Below are positions 47,962-58,799 of a stretch of DNA of 64,000 nt, piece after piece; positions within the stretch are counted from its first letter, which is position 1, and every line of letters begins with the position of its first letter. The DNA is from a virus. Its lineage: Duplodnaviria > Caudoviricetes. Under the pieces are notes generated by a model. The model was not told the origin of the DNA. It did not search any database and was given only the letters and a program-made list of their open reading frames with translations. The stretch is from IMG/VR virus record IMGVR_UViG_2687453683_000002, positions 1 through 64,000 of that record; one strand, 5' to 3'. Both the position numbers and the translations under genes were made by a program.

Positions 47962-50900
47962 CTACCTTGTTTTCTTCCAGTTCCAGATACTCCACGAAGC
48001 GATCTTTCCGAGAATGAGCCAAATGCGAGGTTTTTTCGGTTCTTCCGGAGTCTTCAGGATGCCGCCCTCCGCTCTCTCAATCGTCGTCTCAATTTCACGT
48101 TTAGGTCGTGTTGCGCCTTCCGCTTGATTAATATCGACTTCAAAGACACGCTTAGGTCTGTCGGCTTCTTCTGACATCTCAATACCTACCTCCACAGCCC
48201 TGGTTGGTCTAGTGGCGTCTTCAGGTTCAGCGATGTGTGTCTCGATAGGTTCACGGTTATTCACAGATTCAGTGTCGTCATGAATATCGGTCACAAGCCG
48301 TTTCCTCTTCCGTGTGGCAGAATCGAGTTCATCAATGACCGATTCGTTTTGATACGAACTGTAGTCAGCGAGTTCTTCTTCCTGAACAACTGGGTTTATC
48401 TCCTTGCCGCTCGTAGCTTGCTCAGATCCATGGACGATGGCTTCAGCATTGGTTGTTAACGTTGCTGTCTCCATTTCGGAGATCGTTCCGACTTTACTGC
48501 TATCATCAAGATAAGCCGACTCCCCCCCAGAAATAACCCCTTCTGTAGAGCCGTCAAAGTAATCTGCGGATTCTAACCCCAGAACGACAGCTTCCTCTGA
48601 AGTAAAGGATGTTGCCCCTTCAATCTCAGACAGCACTGCATCTGCAGACTTGTTCTGCGTTGCCCCTTCCAGTTTGGTCTCTTCCATCTCGTACTCTCTG
48701 TCACCGTAGGTTACTAATTCCAGTTCGTGTAAAACGGACTCTCTTGGCGCATCGCTCTGCCAAGCACCTTCAATTTCATGGAGGATCGATGGAGAGTTTC
48801 CGTCACTAATTCGAGCGCCTTCGATTTCATGGGTCACGCCTTCTTTGTCCGCCCGCTGTTCAGCTAACTCAATGCCGAACCATACTCCGTCTCTGCCTGT
48901 TTCATTGACTGCAGTCTCCGGTTTGTGCTCATAGCCGACCTGCTTGGCATCTGACTGCTCTGCTGTCACCGTCTCCTGCATGACACCTTCAGCATTGGTC
49001 ATATGGTCAGCCGTTTCCGGTCTTTCCATCACCCCGTCATACTTCATGCCCACCGAACCTGTCTCAATCCCTACGACTACGCCTTCAGCGGTTGGGTCGG
49101 ATACTGCTGTCTCAGGGAAATGTACTACGCCGTCCTTGGTAATGTCGGACTCTGCGGCAGTCAACGTGTTCGGTCTCAGCCCTTCTCCGAATGTGGTCTG
49201 CTCTGCCGATTCAATCGTCTGCATAATGCCGATGAGCTTGTTCGCTTCAGAGATAGCCCGACCAATCTCAGACACGTCTGCTGTCCGGTGGAAGTCGAAT
49301 AAAGATGCTCCTGACATTTCCTGCGGCATCGTTCCTTCCGGTTCGTTGATGTACAGTCCAGTAGAAGGATTTTCTACAGCAAGTTCTGCCCCTTTGTTAT
49401 GCTCTGCCTGTACTTCATCCTGATTGATGGCGACGACTGTCACACCTGCGCCCGCCTGTTTCATTCTTTCAATCACAGCTTGTGTGATGGCAGGGAAGTC
49501 GGCTTGAGTAAAGCCTTGAGTGATGCTGTCTTGGATGATGTTCTCCATGCCAGCTTCGATTAAATCGACAGCTTTCGAGCCATACATAATCTCCATGAGA
49601 CGTACAGCCTTAAGAATCTCAGGAGATTCTGCAATCACGCCCTGTATCTGCTCGAACGTAACCAAGGATTGGACTTCGGCTTGCATATGCTCCGTGACTT
49701 CTGCTTCCGTCATCTCTTCTACTTCTGCATCCGTCCGATCGCTGATATTATCTGCGCCCATGAATCTATCTACCAGCGGGTCGCCGCCCACATAAATCTC
49801 AGCGTTGGTCACAATCTGGATATCACTATTGCTACTTATAAAGTATTCGGCATCTGATGCTTTCCCTACGTCAGCGGCGTACTCCTGATTGACTACTGCC
49901 TGTGAAGAGAACTCTATTCTACCTTTCGCTTCAGAGTCGCTAGAAGCGTCTGTAAGACTCTCATTTCCCCAAGCGTCCGAAGTGTACTCTGCCGACTCAA
50001 GACGATTCTCAGCGCCGTTTGAAATGCTCTCTACCCCTGTAAAGAAAGAGATTATACCGCCCTTGTTGAAGTAATAAGATTGCTCTAATCCATCTATTCT
50101 TGCATCGTAGTCCATCTCTACCTTGCCACTCTCCAATGCGGGGATGACTCCGCCTTCCTGCCGAGTGTCAGCAGTGCTTGTCCGGTCAATTGTCAGAAAC
50201 GAACCTGGCTGGCTGTAAGTTACTTCAATGGTCTCAAACTGCCCGTCCCGCCTTGTCTCATACGTAAGGAACTCCTGAAGTTCTGCTGTTACCCTTTTGT
50301 CCACGGTCCGCGTGGTTTCGATTCTAGCATCCTTGACATGCTTGGTAGCTTGACTGGATGACGCAATGATGTAAACATCCTCACGGGTTGTCGATTCGGT
50401 ATACAAGTCAAGGTGTGCAGGCTCATGAACCAACGTCTCGTAGGCAATGCTCTCATGTAAATTAGAATCGTGTACGGTCTCGCCTTGAGTGAGCACCCCA
50501 TCAATACCCCCTTCATGTACGGGGTGAATGAGGTCGCCTGTCATCGTATCCTGCTGGCTGGCTTGCATGATCGTATCTGTCTGCACGAACTCCTGCACGT
50601 CAACATTCTGATAGGTGTACACTTGGGTAAAAGTCTCAAGGTGAGTATCCTTACATGTATCTACTATGATAAATTCACTCAGCATCGTCGGGTCATGGTA
50701 AACCGTTTCTGCTACAATGCTCTCGTTTACCTCTGCATCCCCGCCGCCGTAAGTATCTGTCAGCGTAGTTAGCGTCAGGTCTGCTTCATTCTGCTTCTCT
50801 GCATAAATATACGCTACGTCTTGTGCATCAAAAGCCATGTCGGATACTGCGTTCTCTGTCTGTGACAGAAATGCGTCCTCCGTGACTTCCAGCCGCCGTG

Positions 50901-51831
50901 CTTCTTCGATATTTTCAAGAGGTCCCTCATGCCTTGTATCAGCCAATTCGTACCCTTTAAGGGAAGAATCCTTGGTACTAATCTCAGCAAGTTCGTAACC
51001 GAACTCCTTACTTTCACTCACAATGATTGCATACTCAACCGGATAGGATTCCCCGTCTGCCCTGTACATACCAACCTCTGCTGACTTGAAACGGGCAGTT
51101 TCTCCTTGCATCGTGATGTAAGGGTCATGGGTAGCAGTGCTCAGTAAAGCAATCTCCCCGTCCAAGATGTTTCTTACAATGTTCGACAAAACCGCCCGAC
51201 CTTTTTCCGCATTAAGGCGAACCCCATTCTCAGCCGTGTCGAAGCCTGACATTTGAGCGTCCGCTGATATTCCTGAGGTATTGGACTCCAAGGCATGAAT
51301 AACACTCTGCTTGTTAGATAGTGAAATGGATACTCTGTTCCCTTCCTCAATGGAGACCTTCACGTCATAAAGATCACCGGAGGATAATTCGTCAAGAAGT
51401 GCCAGATGGTCTGTTCTACTGCCTTCTCTCACCGCCGCACCTTCAGCATCAAGTACCTGCTCTAGCCTGCGTACGCTCTGTTGCTCTCCAGTTGTTACGT
51501 CCGTGACTGTTTCGCCGTTAAAATACTTATGTATGCCCGACAAATACGATACGATAGATGCGACTACAGTCTCCACCTCAAAACCGTCATACTGAGTGAC
51601 GTACTCAGCACTCTCTAGCCGCCCGAATAATCCAGTAGCCGAGTGAGGCACTTTATTTGCGCCCTTCATGGTATCTTCAATCAGTGTTCGATAGGTACTG
51701 TTAACGGGAGCGGTCAGGTGATATTGATTGTTTGCATTGATAATCTGCTCAAACCCAATTGTCAGTTCATAGCCCTTTTTAGAAAAAAGGGCGGTGAAGC
51801 TGATCAGGTAAGATTTCTTACCGTTCATCAT
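47962..51831 (-). CDS. 1289-aa acidic repeat protein
   Basis: ~15-18-aa quasi-repeats (E.A......EGV); Trp/Lys-rich C-terminus. Confidence 0.75.
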   Translation of the reverse strand: MMNGKKSYLISFTALFSKKGYELTIGFEQIINANNQYHLTAPVNSTYRTLIEDTMKGANKVPHSATGLFGRLESAEYVTQYDGFEVETVVASIVSYLSGIHKYFNGETVTDVTTGEQQSVRRLEQVLDAEGAAVREGSRTDHLALLDELSSGDLYDVKVSIEEGNRVSISLSNKQSVIHALESNTSGISADAQMSGFDTAENGVRLNAEKGRAVLSNIVRNILDGEIALLSTATHDPYITMQGETARFKSAEVGMYRADGESYPVEYAIIVSESKEFGYELAEISTKDSSLKGYELADTRHEGPLENIEEARRLEVTEDAFLSQTENAVSDMAFDAQDVAYIYAEKQNEADLTLTTLTDTYGGGDAEVNESIVAETVYHDPTMLSEFIIVDTCKDTHLETFTQVYTYQNVDVQEFVQTDTIMQASQQDTMTGDLIHPVHEGGIDGVLTQGETVHDSNLHESIAYETLVHEPAHLDLYTESTTREDVYIIASSSQATKHVKDARIETTRTVDKRVTAELQEFLTYETRRDGQFETIEVTYSQPGSFLTIDRTSTADTRQEGGVIPALESGKVEMDYDARIDGLEQSYYFNKGGIISFFTGVESISNGAENRLESAEYTSDAWGNESLTDASSDSEAKGRIEFSSQAVVNQEYAADVGKASDAEYFISSNSDIQIVTNAEIYVGGDPLVDRFMGADNISDRTDAEVEEMTEAEVTEHMQAEVQSLVTFEQIQGVIAESPEILKAVRLMEIMYGSKAVDLIEAGMENIIQDSITQGFTQADFPAITQAVIERMKQAGAGVTVVAINQDEVQAEHNKGAELAVENPSTGLYINEPEGTMPQEMSGASLFDFHRTADVSEIGRAISEANKLIGIMQTIESAEQTTFGEGLRPNTLTAAESDITKDGVVHFPETAVSDPTAEGVVVGIETGSVGMKYDGVMERPETADHMTNAEGVMQETVTAEQSDAKQVGYEHKPETAVNETGRDGVWFGIELAEQRADKEGVTHEIEGARISDGNSPSILHEIEGAWQSDAPRESVLHELELVTYGDREYEMEETKLEGATQNKSADAVLSEIEGATSFTSEEAVVLGLESADYFDGSTEGVISGGESAYLDDSSKVGTISEMETATLTTNAEAIVHGSEQATSGKEINPVVQEEELADYSSYQNESVIDELDSATRKRKRLVTDIHDDTESVNNREPIETHIAEPEDATRPTRAVEVGIEMSEEADRPKRVFEVDINQAEGATRPKREIETTIERAEGGILKTPEEPKKPRIWLILGKIASWSIWNWKKTR

Positions 51832-51857
51832 TCACCGCCAACCTCCCTTGCTATTTA

Positions 51858-53678
51858 TTAAGAGTTCTTCTTCAACGTTTCTTTCAGGATGCCGAGACCA
51901 ATTGGGGCAAACGGCGACATGTTAGCCAATGTGAACGGACTGACAGGTGTGTCTGCCAACGTGTAGCGGTAAAGTTGCTTGTACTCGTAAGTAGCAAGGA
52001 CTTCCGATTCAGACACAGGTTCTTTTCCGTCAAGGAAGTTGATTGTCTTCGTCTCGATATCAACTGTGTAGTCTGTGCCGAGCACTTGGTCTACGCAATC
52101 CACCTGAACTTCCAACTTAAACGGAGTTCCGTCATCCTTCAGAGAAGGCGAGTGCGCCATATGGAAGACTTTGTTTACGCCTGTGCCCTTGCCCACTTCT
52201 TCATGGTCGGATGTCTCCACTACTTCAAGTTCATCGAGTTGGGAAATGTTCTTAGGGTGTACGGCGTAACATTCATCCAGCTTACCTACAAAACCATCAT
52301 TCGGGTGAACAATGTACATCGGGGAGATGTGATACTTACCACTATAAACCGATGGATTAAATCGGGACTCACCCGCATCAACGTTCTTATCGTGCGTTAT
52401 GAACGCGAGGTAATGCTGTTGGTAGTATGTACCACCGATGGACTGTTGAAGCTGTACACCACGGTTTCCGTTGGATGTGTTGTTACCGTAGTCGACGTAA
52501 ATCGCACCCAACTTCATGTCTTTCTTCCATACAACTTCGTCTGCTTCCCGACAACCAGAGATAATGACATTGTTTTTGCGAGGGGACTTACCAAGAGTCG
52601 TTAGCCGCCCGATGTACAATGGAGCGAAGTAAGTATTCTCAGCGCCCGGAGTAGGATCTGGACGGAAAAACATTACGATTCGGTCTTTGGTTACATTCCC
52701 CCAGTAGTACATCGTACTATCACGTTGCCATCCTCTATCAAAGTTCTGCAACGGAGTGAAGGACAGAGCCGTTGGCAGGGATGGATAGATGTAATAAATG
52801 GATGAGTAAACAGCATTCATTAGATCATTCGGTTTATCGGGGTCAAAGTTCTTGACTGTGATGTCACCGTAATTCAGCGTTTGGTTTCCAGTGGCATTCA
52901 GAATTCTGATGTAGGATGCATGTAATTCTGCTCCTGCGTCTGGTGCTTTGCCAACGAACGTTACACTATTATTAGTGTAGTCAACTGTGTATAACGTTGA
53001 ATCCTGTTCAACCTGATTCACATAAACCCTTACAGTATCCGCTTTAATCGTCGCCACCGTTGGGATTTGGAACAACTTACGAGTTCCATCACCATCCGGT
53101 AAAATGGATTCAGGGTCTCCAACGACTACAGAACCGCTAACACCTTGTACGATTCGTTCGCCCCGCACATCATCGAATGTGAAGAAGTACATGCGCTTCA
53201 CTGGCTGAGGTGCAATTGGAGATGGGGAGTAGTTTGCTGTAATTGCGTCAGTCGGCAATGGTGCGGACGTGAATGTGATGATACCGTTCGTTTCATCAAG
53301 AACGTAGTCTGTCGAAGCAACAGCGTTACCGTTCTTATAGACGATGACAGAATCTCTGAGTACAGGGAACACTTGGAAGTGGAACTTCGTGTTTAATGTC
53401 TCGTTTTCAATCAACGCACCAAGTACGGAGTTCTGAGAAATAAACTCTTGCTCGCCCAAGGTTGGATTGCTTTTCTTGCCGTATCCGTAAACCATGCCGA
53501 AGTTCCGCATTTGGTTGTCCGAGCCGAGAGACCGGAACAAGCGGACATCTGCGAACTTCTGACCGTCTTGAGATACGGAGCGGTACTTTATGAATGTATC
53601 CCATCCCTTGGAGTTAAACAGTGCTTCAAGGTCTTTAGGGAATAGCTGAATCGTGGAATCTCCATCAAACCAACTCAC
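51858..53678 (-). CDS. Tail/baseplate-like structural protein (paralog group 2)
   Basis: PLYIG and PSVYSGKYHIS...VHP..G..G.L shared motifs; inserted GDG...F...VYVN...YTVD Ig-like modules. Confidence 0.75.
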   Translation of the reverse strand: MSWFDGDSTIQLFPKDLEALFNSKGWDTFIKYRSVSQDGQKFADVRLFRSLGSDNQMRNFGMVYGYGKKSNPTLGEQEFISQNSVLGALIENETLNTKFHFQVFPVLRDSVIVYKNGNAVASTDYVLDETNGIITFTSAPLPTDAITANYSPSPIAPQPVKRMYFFTFDDVRGERIVQGVSGSVVVGDPESILPDGDGTRKLFQIPTVATIKADTVRVYVNQVEQDSTLYTVDYTNNSVTFVGKAPDAGAELHASYIRILNATGNQTLNYGDITVKNFDPDKPNDLMNAVYSSIYYIYPSLPTALSFTPLQNFDRGWQRDSTMYYWGNVTKDRIVMFFRPDPTPGAENTYFAPLYIGRLTTLGKSPRKNNVIISGCREADEVVWKKDMKLGAIYVDYGNNTSNGNRGVQLQQSIGGTYYQQHYLAFITHDKNVDAGESRFNPSVYSGKYHISPMYIVHPNDGFVGKLDECYAVHPKNISQLDELEVVETSDHEEVGKGTGVNKVFHMAHSPSLKDDGTPFKLEVQVDCVDQVLGTDYTVDIETKTINFLDGKEPVSESEVLATYEYKQLYRYTLADTPVSPFTLANMSPFAPIGLGILKETLKKNS

Positions 53679-53766
53679 GATAAATCACCTCTCGTTTGGA
53701 ATTACCCTGCTGGTTATCCTGACTAAATATACTTATTTAATAGGAATTAATGCCAGGGCTATATTG

Positions 53767-55245
53767 TTATGGGGTTGTAGGCTGTGTCGGTGTAGGTGTC
53801 GGAGTGACCTCCACGCCTTCATCATCTACAGTATTTAAGTACAATCCAATACCCGCTGGACGGTACTGAGTTCCCGGCTTACTTGTCAGTGGGGACACAC
53901 CCTCAACCAAGAAGTAACGGAATACATCGAATTCATCTGGGCAGTGATCCTTCTTCACACGCAGTTTGTTTGCGTTAAAGGACAGCGCCGATAATGCGAT
54001 GGTGTCTTTCAGTGCTCCCCGCACCCCTTCTTCTGGATGAACCACGTACAGCTTGGAAGTGTGAACCTTACCGCTGTATCGGGAAGGGTTAAAGGAATAC
54101 TTGTAAAGAGGATTCTCAGCGTTGTTCCAAGCCCGCGGATAGTCTCGCTTGCCATCCTGCGAAGTACGCATTGGAGGGATGGCATTGGCTGGTGCGTTCC
54201 AAGACAGGTAGTACGCCTGATATCGAGCACCGAGTTTACCACGGCTGACCATAACGTTGTCCAATCCGTTCGCAGGATTCTTAGGGTAGGTTTTCATCAG
54301 CGGCATGATGTTCGGTTGTCTCTTCGTCGTATCATCGAAGTCGTACTCAGCGATAGCAGTCAACCCCGCTGAACCTGTCTGTGTCACGATAGGTACACTA
54401 CCTGCGAACATTGCGTAGGCATCATCACCTTCTTCAATGGCATCCAGCTTACCGAAGTAGAGAGGAATGATTGGAACAAGGTTTCCTTCCGGTGCAGGTA
54501 CGTTGTCACATTGGATGATGAAAAACAGACTATCTCCGTTCAAGTGACCTTTAATAGAGATTTCTGAGTCAGCCCACCAGTTCGTATTTTGAATCGCATA
54601 GTTGATATCGTCGTCGTGGTATTTTTCCAAAAGGTTGGTGCGAAGACCAGCTTGCATGATTGGAGATTGCATCCGATTCCCTTCAGCTTTAGATACAGTG
54701 AAGGTAGCCGTCGAGCCTGTGCCTACCCAACCTGCAGCTTCTACTTCGATATCCAGAGCCGCCCGTTTAAGGTCGCCCGAGTTAATCCAAGGCAGTGTTA
54801 CGTCAGAGTAGTTAGGCATAAGTCCCGCCAAATTCTCGACCATATAGAAGTACAGAGTCTGAGGGGAACGATACTTACGGAACTCGTTTGTAGCCCATTC
54901 TGAGAACACCGCAAGTGTTGCAGGAGCCGGAGCTTTAGAATCAGGTGACTTGTTTAGCTTCCGAAGTTGACCAAGGTTCTGATTCCATGTACCAAGAACA
55001 GCAACGCCAAACATCTTATCCGTAGTGTTCTTGTAAATGAAGTGCTCCGCCACGTAGATTGGAATGTCGACCGTATCTTGACCAGTGTACGTGCTTCGCA
55101 TAATACCTGCGTCAAAAACCACTTTCTTAAAGTTAGCGACTGTTTCCCATCCTTGAGTAGCAAGTAGGTCTCCTAACCGAGGTTGAATATCCTGTTCCGT
55201 TACTTTCGGGGTAAACGAAGCAGGAGTTGTGTCGATAAATGGCAT
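53767..55245 (-). CDS. Tail/baseplate-like structural protein (paralog group 2)
   Basis: PLYFG, GARYQAYYLSWN, PSRYSGKVHTS..VHP. Confidence 0.75.
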   Translation of the reverse strand: MPFIDTTPASFTPKVTEQDIQPRLGDLLATQGWETVANFKKVVFDAGIMRSTYTGQDTVDIPIYVAEHFIYKNTTDKMFGVAVLGTWNQNLGQLRKLNKSPDSKAPAPATLAVFSEWATNEFRKYRSPQTLYFYMVENLAGLMPNYSDVTLPWINSGDLKRAALDIEVEAAGWVGTGSTATFTVSKAEGNRMQSPIMQAGLRTNLLEKYHDDDINYAIQNTNWWADSEISIKGHLNGDSLFFIIQCDNVPAPEGNLVPIIPLYFGKLDAIEEGDDAYAMFAGSVPIVTQTGSAGLTAIAEYDFDDTTKRQPNIMPLMKTYPKNPANGLDNVMVSRGKLGARYQAYYLSWNAPANAIPPMRTSQDGKRDYPRAWNNAENPLYKYSFNPSRYSGKVHTSKLYVVHPEEGVRGALKDTIALSALSFNANKLRVKKDHCPDEFDVFRYFLVEGVSPLTSKPGTQYRPAGIGLYLNTVDDEGVEVTPTPTPTQPTTP

Positions 55246-55293
55246 TTAAATAGCACCCCTTCACTTATTAGCTTTATATAGCAAGTCCTGCTG

Positions 55294-57954
55294 TTACACA
55301 GGACAGTTTACCAGGTATTCCCAAGACGAACCCGACCCCGAACTGGAGGACATGACCACCTTTATTTGTGTTACGCCGCCAACAGGACTGTATTGGAATT
55401 GGAGTGAACCTCCGTTAGATACTTCCATGTTGGTGCTGGCAAGCAACTGGTTCTGATAGTAAACATCCATACGGTCAGCTACCCCATACATGTTGTAGGT
55501 GATAACGACTCGTCCAGACGAATTGCCCATCTCATGCAGTTTCTCCGTATAAGCCCCGCCGCCAGAATCGTTCAGCTTACCGCACTGCAATGTATTAGCC
55601 GGTGGGGGTGGTGGAGGTGGTGGGGGCACGTACTTGGCAGTTACCATTATGGTTGCCGTGGCCGTTGCCTGCTGACCTACTTCATTCCACACCGTAAGCT
55701 TGACCGAATACGTGCCGACATTGCTGAATGTAAACGTTGCATTATCGACTGTATACAAGCCCTTTTTCACGTCACTCGCCACTTCCCACTTGTAATTCGT
55801 AATAGGGGAGTGCTTGCTGTACAGCGATGTGAACTTGATCGACGTGTCCTCTTCTATGCTTGAGTAAGCAGGGTCGATTGACAGAATAAGAGCAGGAGGT
55901 TCAGGCGGTGAAGGAGGAATCTCAGGGAGAGTGTACCCCGCCTTTAGAATGCCGAGAGCGGCAGGTCTGTATGGCGTTGCAGGTCTCTTTGTCAGTGGCG
56001 AAATCCCTTCGACCAAGTAGTAAGAGTAAACCTCATACCTGTTCTCGTCGTCACAGTAATCTCTCACAGCCTTTAACTCGTCACCATTCATTATAGTTAA
56101 GGGCGAGGTTAAAATAACGTTGCGCAGTGTTCCGAACGTACCATCTTCAGGATGAACTAGAAGCGCACGGGATGAATGAGCTTTCCCGCTGTACCTTGAT
56201 GGACTAAACTGGTACTTGTATTGCTCGTTCATGTAATCTTTCCAGGCCCTTGGGTGCTTATGATTGTCATCATCTTCCCTTAGCGGTGGCATAGAATTAG
56301 AAGGGACATTCCAAGACAGATAATGCGCTTGATACCTTGCACCGAACTTATTTCGCTTGACCATAATGGAGTCAATACCGTTACTTGGGTAGTACGGATA
56401 CTCCTTCATAACAGGAAGTAGAACCTCTTGCTTGATGCTTGCATCGTCATAATCGAATTGACCGGACTGCTTGAGAGCGGCTTCTACGGTAGCCCCGTTC
56501 TTGTTGTATGCGGTCCCTGAGAATAAGGCAGACGGTGTGCCTTCTGCGTTCCGATTGGTCTCGATATGAATTTCAAGGAACATCCGACCGGATACCGGAG
56601 TGTAGCCACTCACTCCATCTCCACTCACTGCTTCAATGGTCACAGAGGACATGCCCTCAATTCCAGTGATATTGAACTGCCCCATCAACTGAGCATCGTT
56701 CCTGTTACTTGTCGGCTCTACCGCCCCGATGGTATTGAATTTCCCAATTTCCTGTCCTGCGATGGTCAGTGTGACAGCTTCGTCAGGCATGTCGCCATCC
56801 GTGTCACCCATTAGCCATACCTTTACATACGACCCTGCATTGACCATCGGTTTACCTGAGATAATGGTGGACGTTTTCGTTTGTTTCCGGTAGAAGTCAA
56901 ACGTGATATCCCGATTAATAACCTCTTCAGTCAAACCGTTCACATCGAAGTCTCCCATGTAAAGAGGAATCGCAGGTACGGCGTTGTCATCCCAGACAGG
57001 AGCAGTGTCCGCAACGATAATCAGCATGAGCGACTTACCGTCCACGAATCCTTTGACGAACACCTTACTGTCGTCCCACCAGTTCGTAAATTTTACGTCA
57101 ACGAAGGCAATTTTCTCTGTGTGCTCAAGCTGAGGGATTCTTGTACGGGACGTGACTATTGGCGACTGATACATCTGAGGGAAAGAATCAGTAATCCGTG
57201 ACTGAAGAGCGTTTGTATTGTCGTCCAGACCCCACATGCTTGTCTGAACCTCAACATCCAAAGCCACCCGTTTCAATTCATTGACGTTCTCCCACCCAAC
57301 CAACATCTTCCCGTTTCCAATCCACTTCTCAAGCTGGTAGAAGTAAAGCGTATGCCGCTCAAAGAGGGCCTCTTCGTTAGCTTTCTGAATTGCCCAAGAA
57401 AATACGCCGCTGTCCTGCGGTGTCAACTGAGTACCGTAATCGGCATTTTTGTCATAGATTGCGAATGGTACTTTACAGTCCGTCCGTCCGATCTGCTCAT
57501 TAATGTGAGCCAGCATCGCCATGCCGAACAGGTTTCCGGATATATTTTTGACGACGATGTGCTTGGTCACATAAAAGTCGAAGGTGTCCGCTGACCCGAC
57601 TGTACTGTAGTAAATCGCTACCTGGCCGGATACCCCTGCTTCAAAAGTAATCGTGGTGGTTTCATCAGTGTTCTTGACCGCCGTGTAATAGGATGTTGGA
57701 GCAATCTCCCCATCAAGGTAGATGTAGTAATCATCGTTAAGTACCTTCGGCAAGTCTATTTCAGGGTTAGCCAACGGAAGGTAGAAACGCTTGATTGTTG
57801 GCTTGGTCAGCTTGTTAGAGTAGGCTACTTTAGTAAACTCTGTTACCTTTGACCAGCCGTTGGTTGTCATAATTCCAGCAAGTCCTTCTAGCAGGAACTC
57901 TTCGTTTATGGTCGTGTCGAGCCACGGCGTTGGCTGATATGACGTATCTGCCAT
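55294..57954 (-). CDS. Tail/baseplate-like protein (paralog group 2) with PKD-like domain, poly-Pro linker and C-terminal beta domain
   Basis: PLYMG, GARYQAHYLSWN, PSRYSGKAHSS; Y.W...F...GTYSV.LTV; PPPPPPPP. Confidence 0.75.
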   Translation of the reverse strand: MADTSYQPTPWLDTTINEEFLLEGLAGIMTTNGWSKVTEFTKVAYSNKLTKPTIKRFYLPLANPEIDLPKVLNDDYYIYLDGEIAPTSYYTAVKNTDETTTITFEAGVSGQVAIYYSTVGSADTFDFYVTKHIVVKNISGNLFGMAMLAHINEQIGRTDCKVPFAIYDKNADYGTQLTPQDSGVFSWAIQKANEEALFERHTLYFYQLEKWIGNGKMLVGWENVNELKRVALDVEVQTSMWGLDDNTNALQSRITDSFPQMYQSPIVTSRTRIPQLEHTEKIAFVDVKFTNWWDDSKVFVKGFVDGKSLMLIIVADTAPVWDDNAVPAIPLYMGDFDVNGLTEEVINRDITFDFYRKQTKTSTIISGKPMVNAGSYVKVWLMGDTDGDMPDEAVTLTIAGQEIGKFNTIGAVEPTSNRNDAQLMGQFNITGIEGMSSVTIEAVSGDGVSGYTPVSGRMFLEIHIETNRNAEGTPSALFSGTAYNKNGATVEAALKQSGQFDYDDASIKQEVLLPVMKEYPYYPSNGIDSIMVKRNKFGARYQAHYLSWNVPSNSMPPLREDDDNHKHPRAWKDYMNEQYKYQFSPSRYSGKAHSSRALLVHPEDGTFGTLRNVILTSPLTIMNGDELKAVRDYCDDENRYEVYSYYLVEGISPLTKRPATPYRPAALGILKAGYTLPEIPPSPPEPPALILSIDPAYSSIEEDTSIKFTSLYSKHSPITNYKWEVASDVKKGLYTVDNATFTFSNVGTYSVKLTVWNEVGQQATATATIMVTAKYVPPPPPPPPPANTLQCGKLNDSGGGAYTEKLHEMGNSSGRVVITYNMYGVADRMDVYYQNQLLASTNMEVSNGGSLQFQYSPVGGVTQIKVVMSSSSGSGSSWEYLVNCPV

Positions 57955-57969
57955 TTCATCACCTCCTTT

Positions 57970-58356
57970 CTATTTGAGAGTTTGGTAGTTTGCCCATACT
58001 ACCTTAGGCTTGCCGCCTTCATTAAAGAACTCAAAGTGAAGTTGCGTTCCCTGTTTACACGGGATAATCGCCGTCAGGTACATACCCTCCGGTAAATCCT
58101 TCGTGTAAATGTTCTTACATACCAGCCGTTCCCCTACGTACAAATTCCAATAGTCTCTTGCTTCATAGTTGGATACGCCGACTGCAACGGAAAGCAGCTC
58201 ACAATCCTCTTGAATGGTCAGCTTGTGTTCAACTTTGCCCGACATTTGGGACTCTATCATAATCCCTTCAATGTACGGGTTCGTTTTGGTAGGCATAAAA
58301 GGAGGGTCGAGTCTACCGCCTACCAAATAACTTGCAAAATTTGCTCCGCTAGACAT
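57970..58356 (-). CDS. Small structural protein (GGRLDPP family)
   Basis: YLVGGRLDPPFMPTK; similar to the N-domain of 13886..15004. Confidence 0.7.
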   Translation of the reverse strand: MSSGANFASYLVGGRLDPPFMPTKTNPYIEGIMIESQMSGKVEHKLTIQEDCELLSVAVGVSNYEARDYWNLYVGERLVCKNIYTKDLPEGMYLTAIIPCKQGTQLHFEFFNEGGKPKVVWANYQTLK

Positions 58357-58359
58357 TCA

Positions 58360-58776
58360 CTACACCGCCTTAATATATTCGAGCTCCAGATTCTTAAATA
58401 ATCCGTTCTCTCTAATAATAGTCGCTCTAACTGTGCTGAAAGATGCGATATCCGTTTCCTCTTCTAATTCCTCATTGACCAAGGCAGGATATGTAATCTC
58501 TATCAGGAAGCCTTCCACAATTAAATTTGCATCCCTCTCAAGGGTCAGAACTTCGATTACACCGTTATCGTATGTGTATACCACAGAGGTTACAAGAGCA
58601 GTATAACCTGCCAATTCTCTGCGGGCTTCCACGTTAATTACATTCGGTTCTTCAAGTGCATCCATGACAGTTAAATCATCGCCGCCAGTGTACAGACCGG
58701 ACTTCTTCATCTCCCTACGGATTAAATCGAGTATGGGATAGATTTCATTCGCGTTTACAAAGTTCCTAGTGTCCAT
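58360..58776 (-). CDS. Hypothetical structural-cluster protein (start revised to MDTRNF)
   Basis: RBS GAGGTG; a class B promoter overlaps the longer ORF start. Confidence 0.6.
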   Translation of the reverse strand: MDTRNFVNANEIYPILDLIRREMKKSGLYTGGDDLTVMDALEEPNVINVEARRELAGYTALVTSVVYTYDNGVIEVLTLERDANLIVEGFLIEITYPALVNEELEEETDIASFSTVRATIIRENGLFKNLELEYIKAV

Positions 58777-58799
58777 AGCATACACCTCACCTTCCATAG

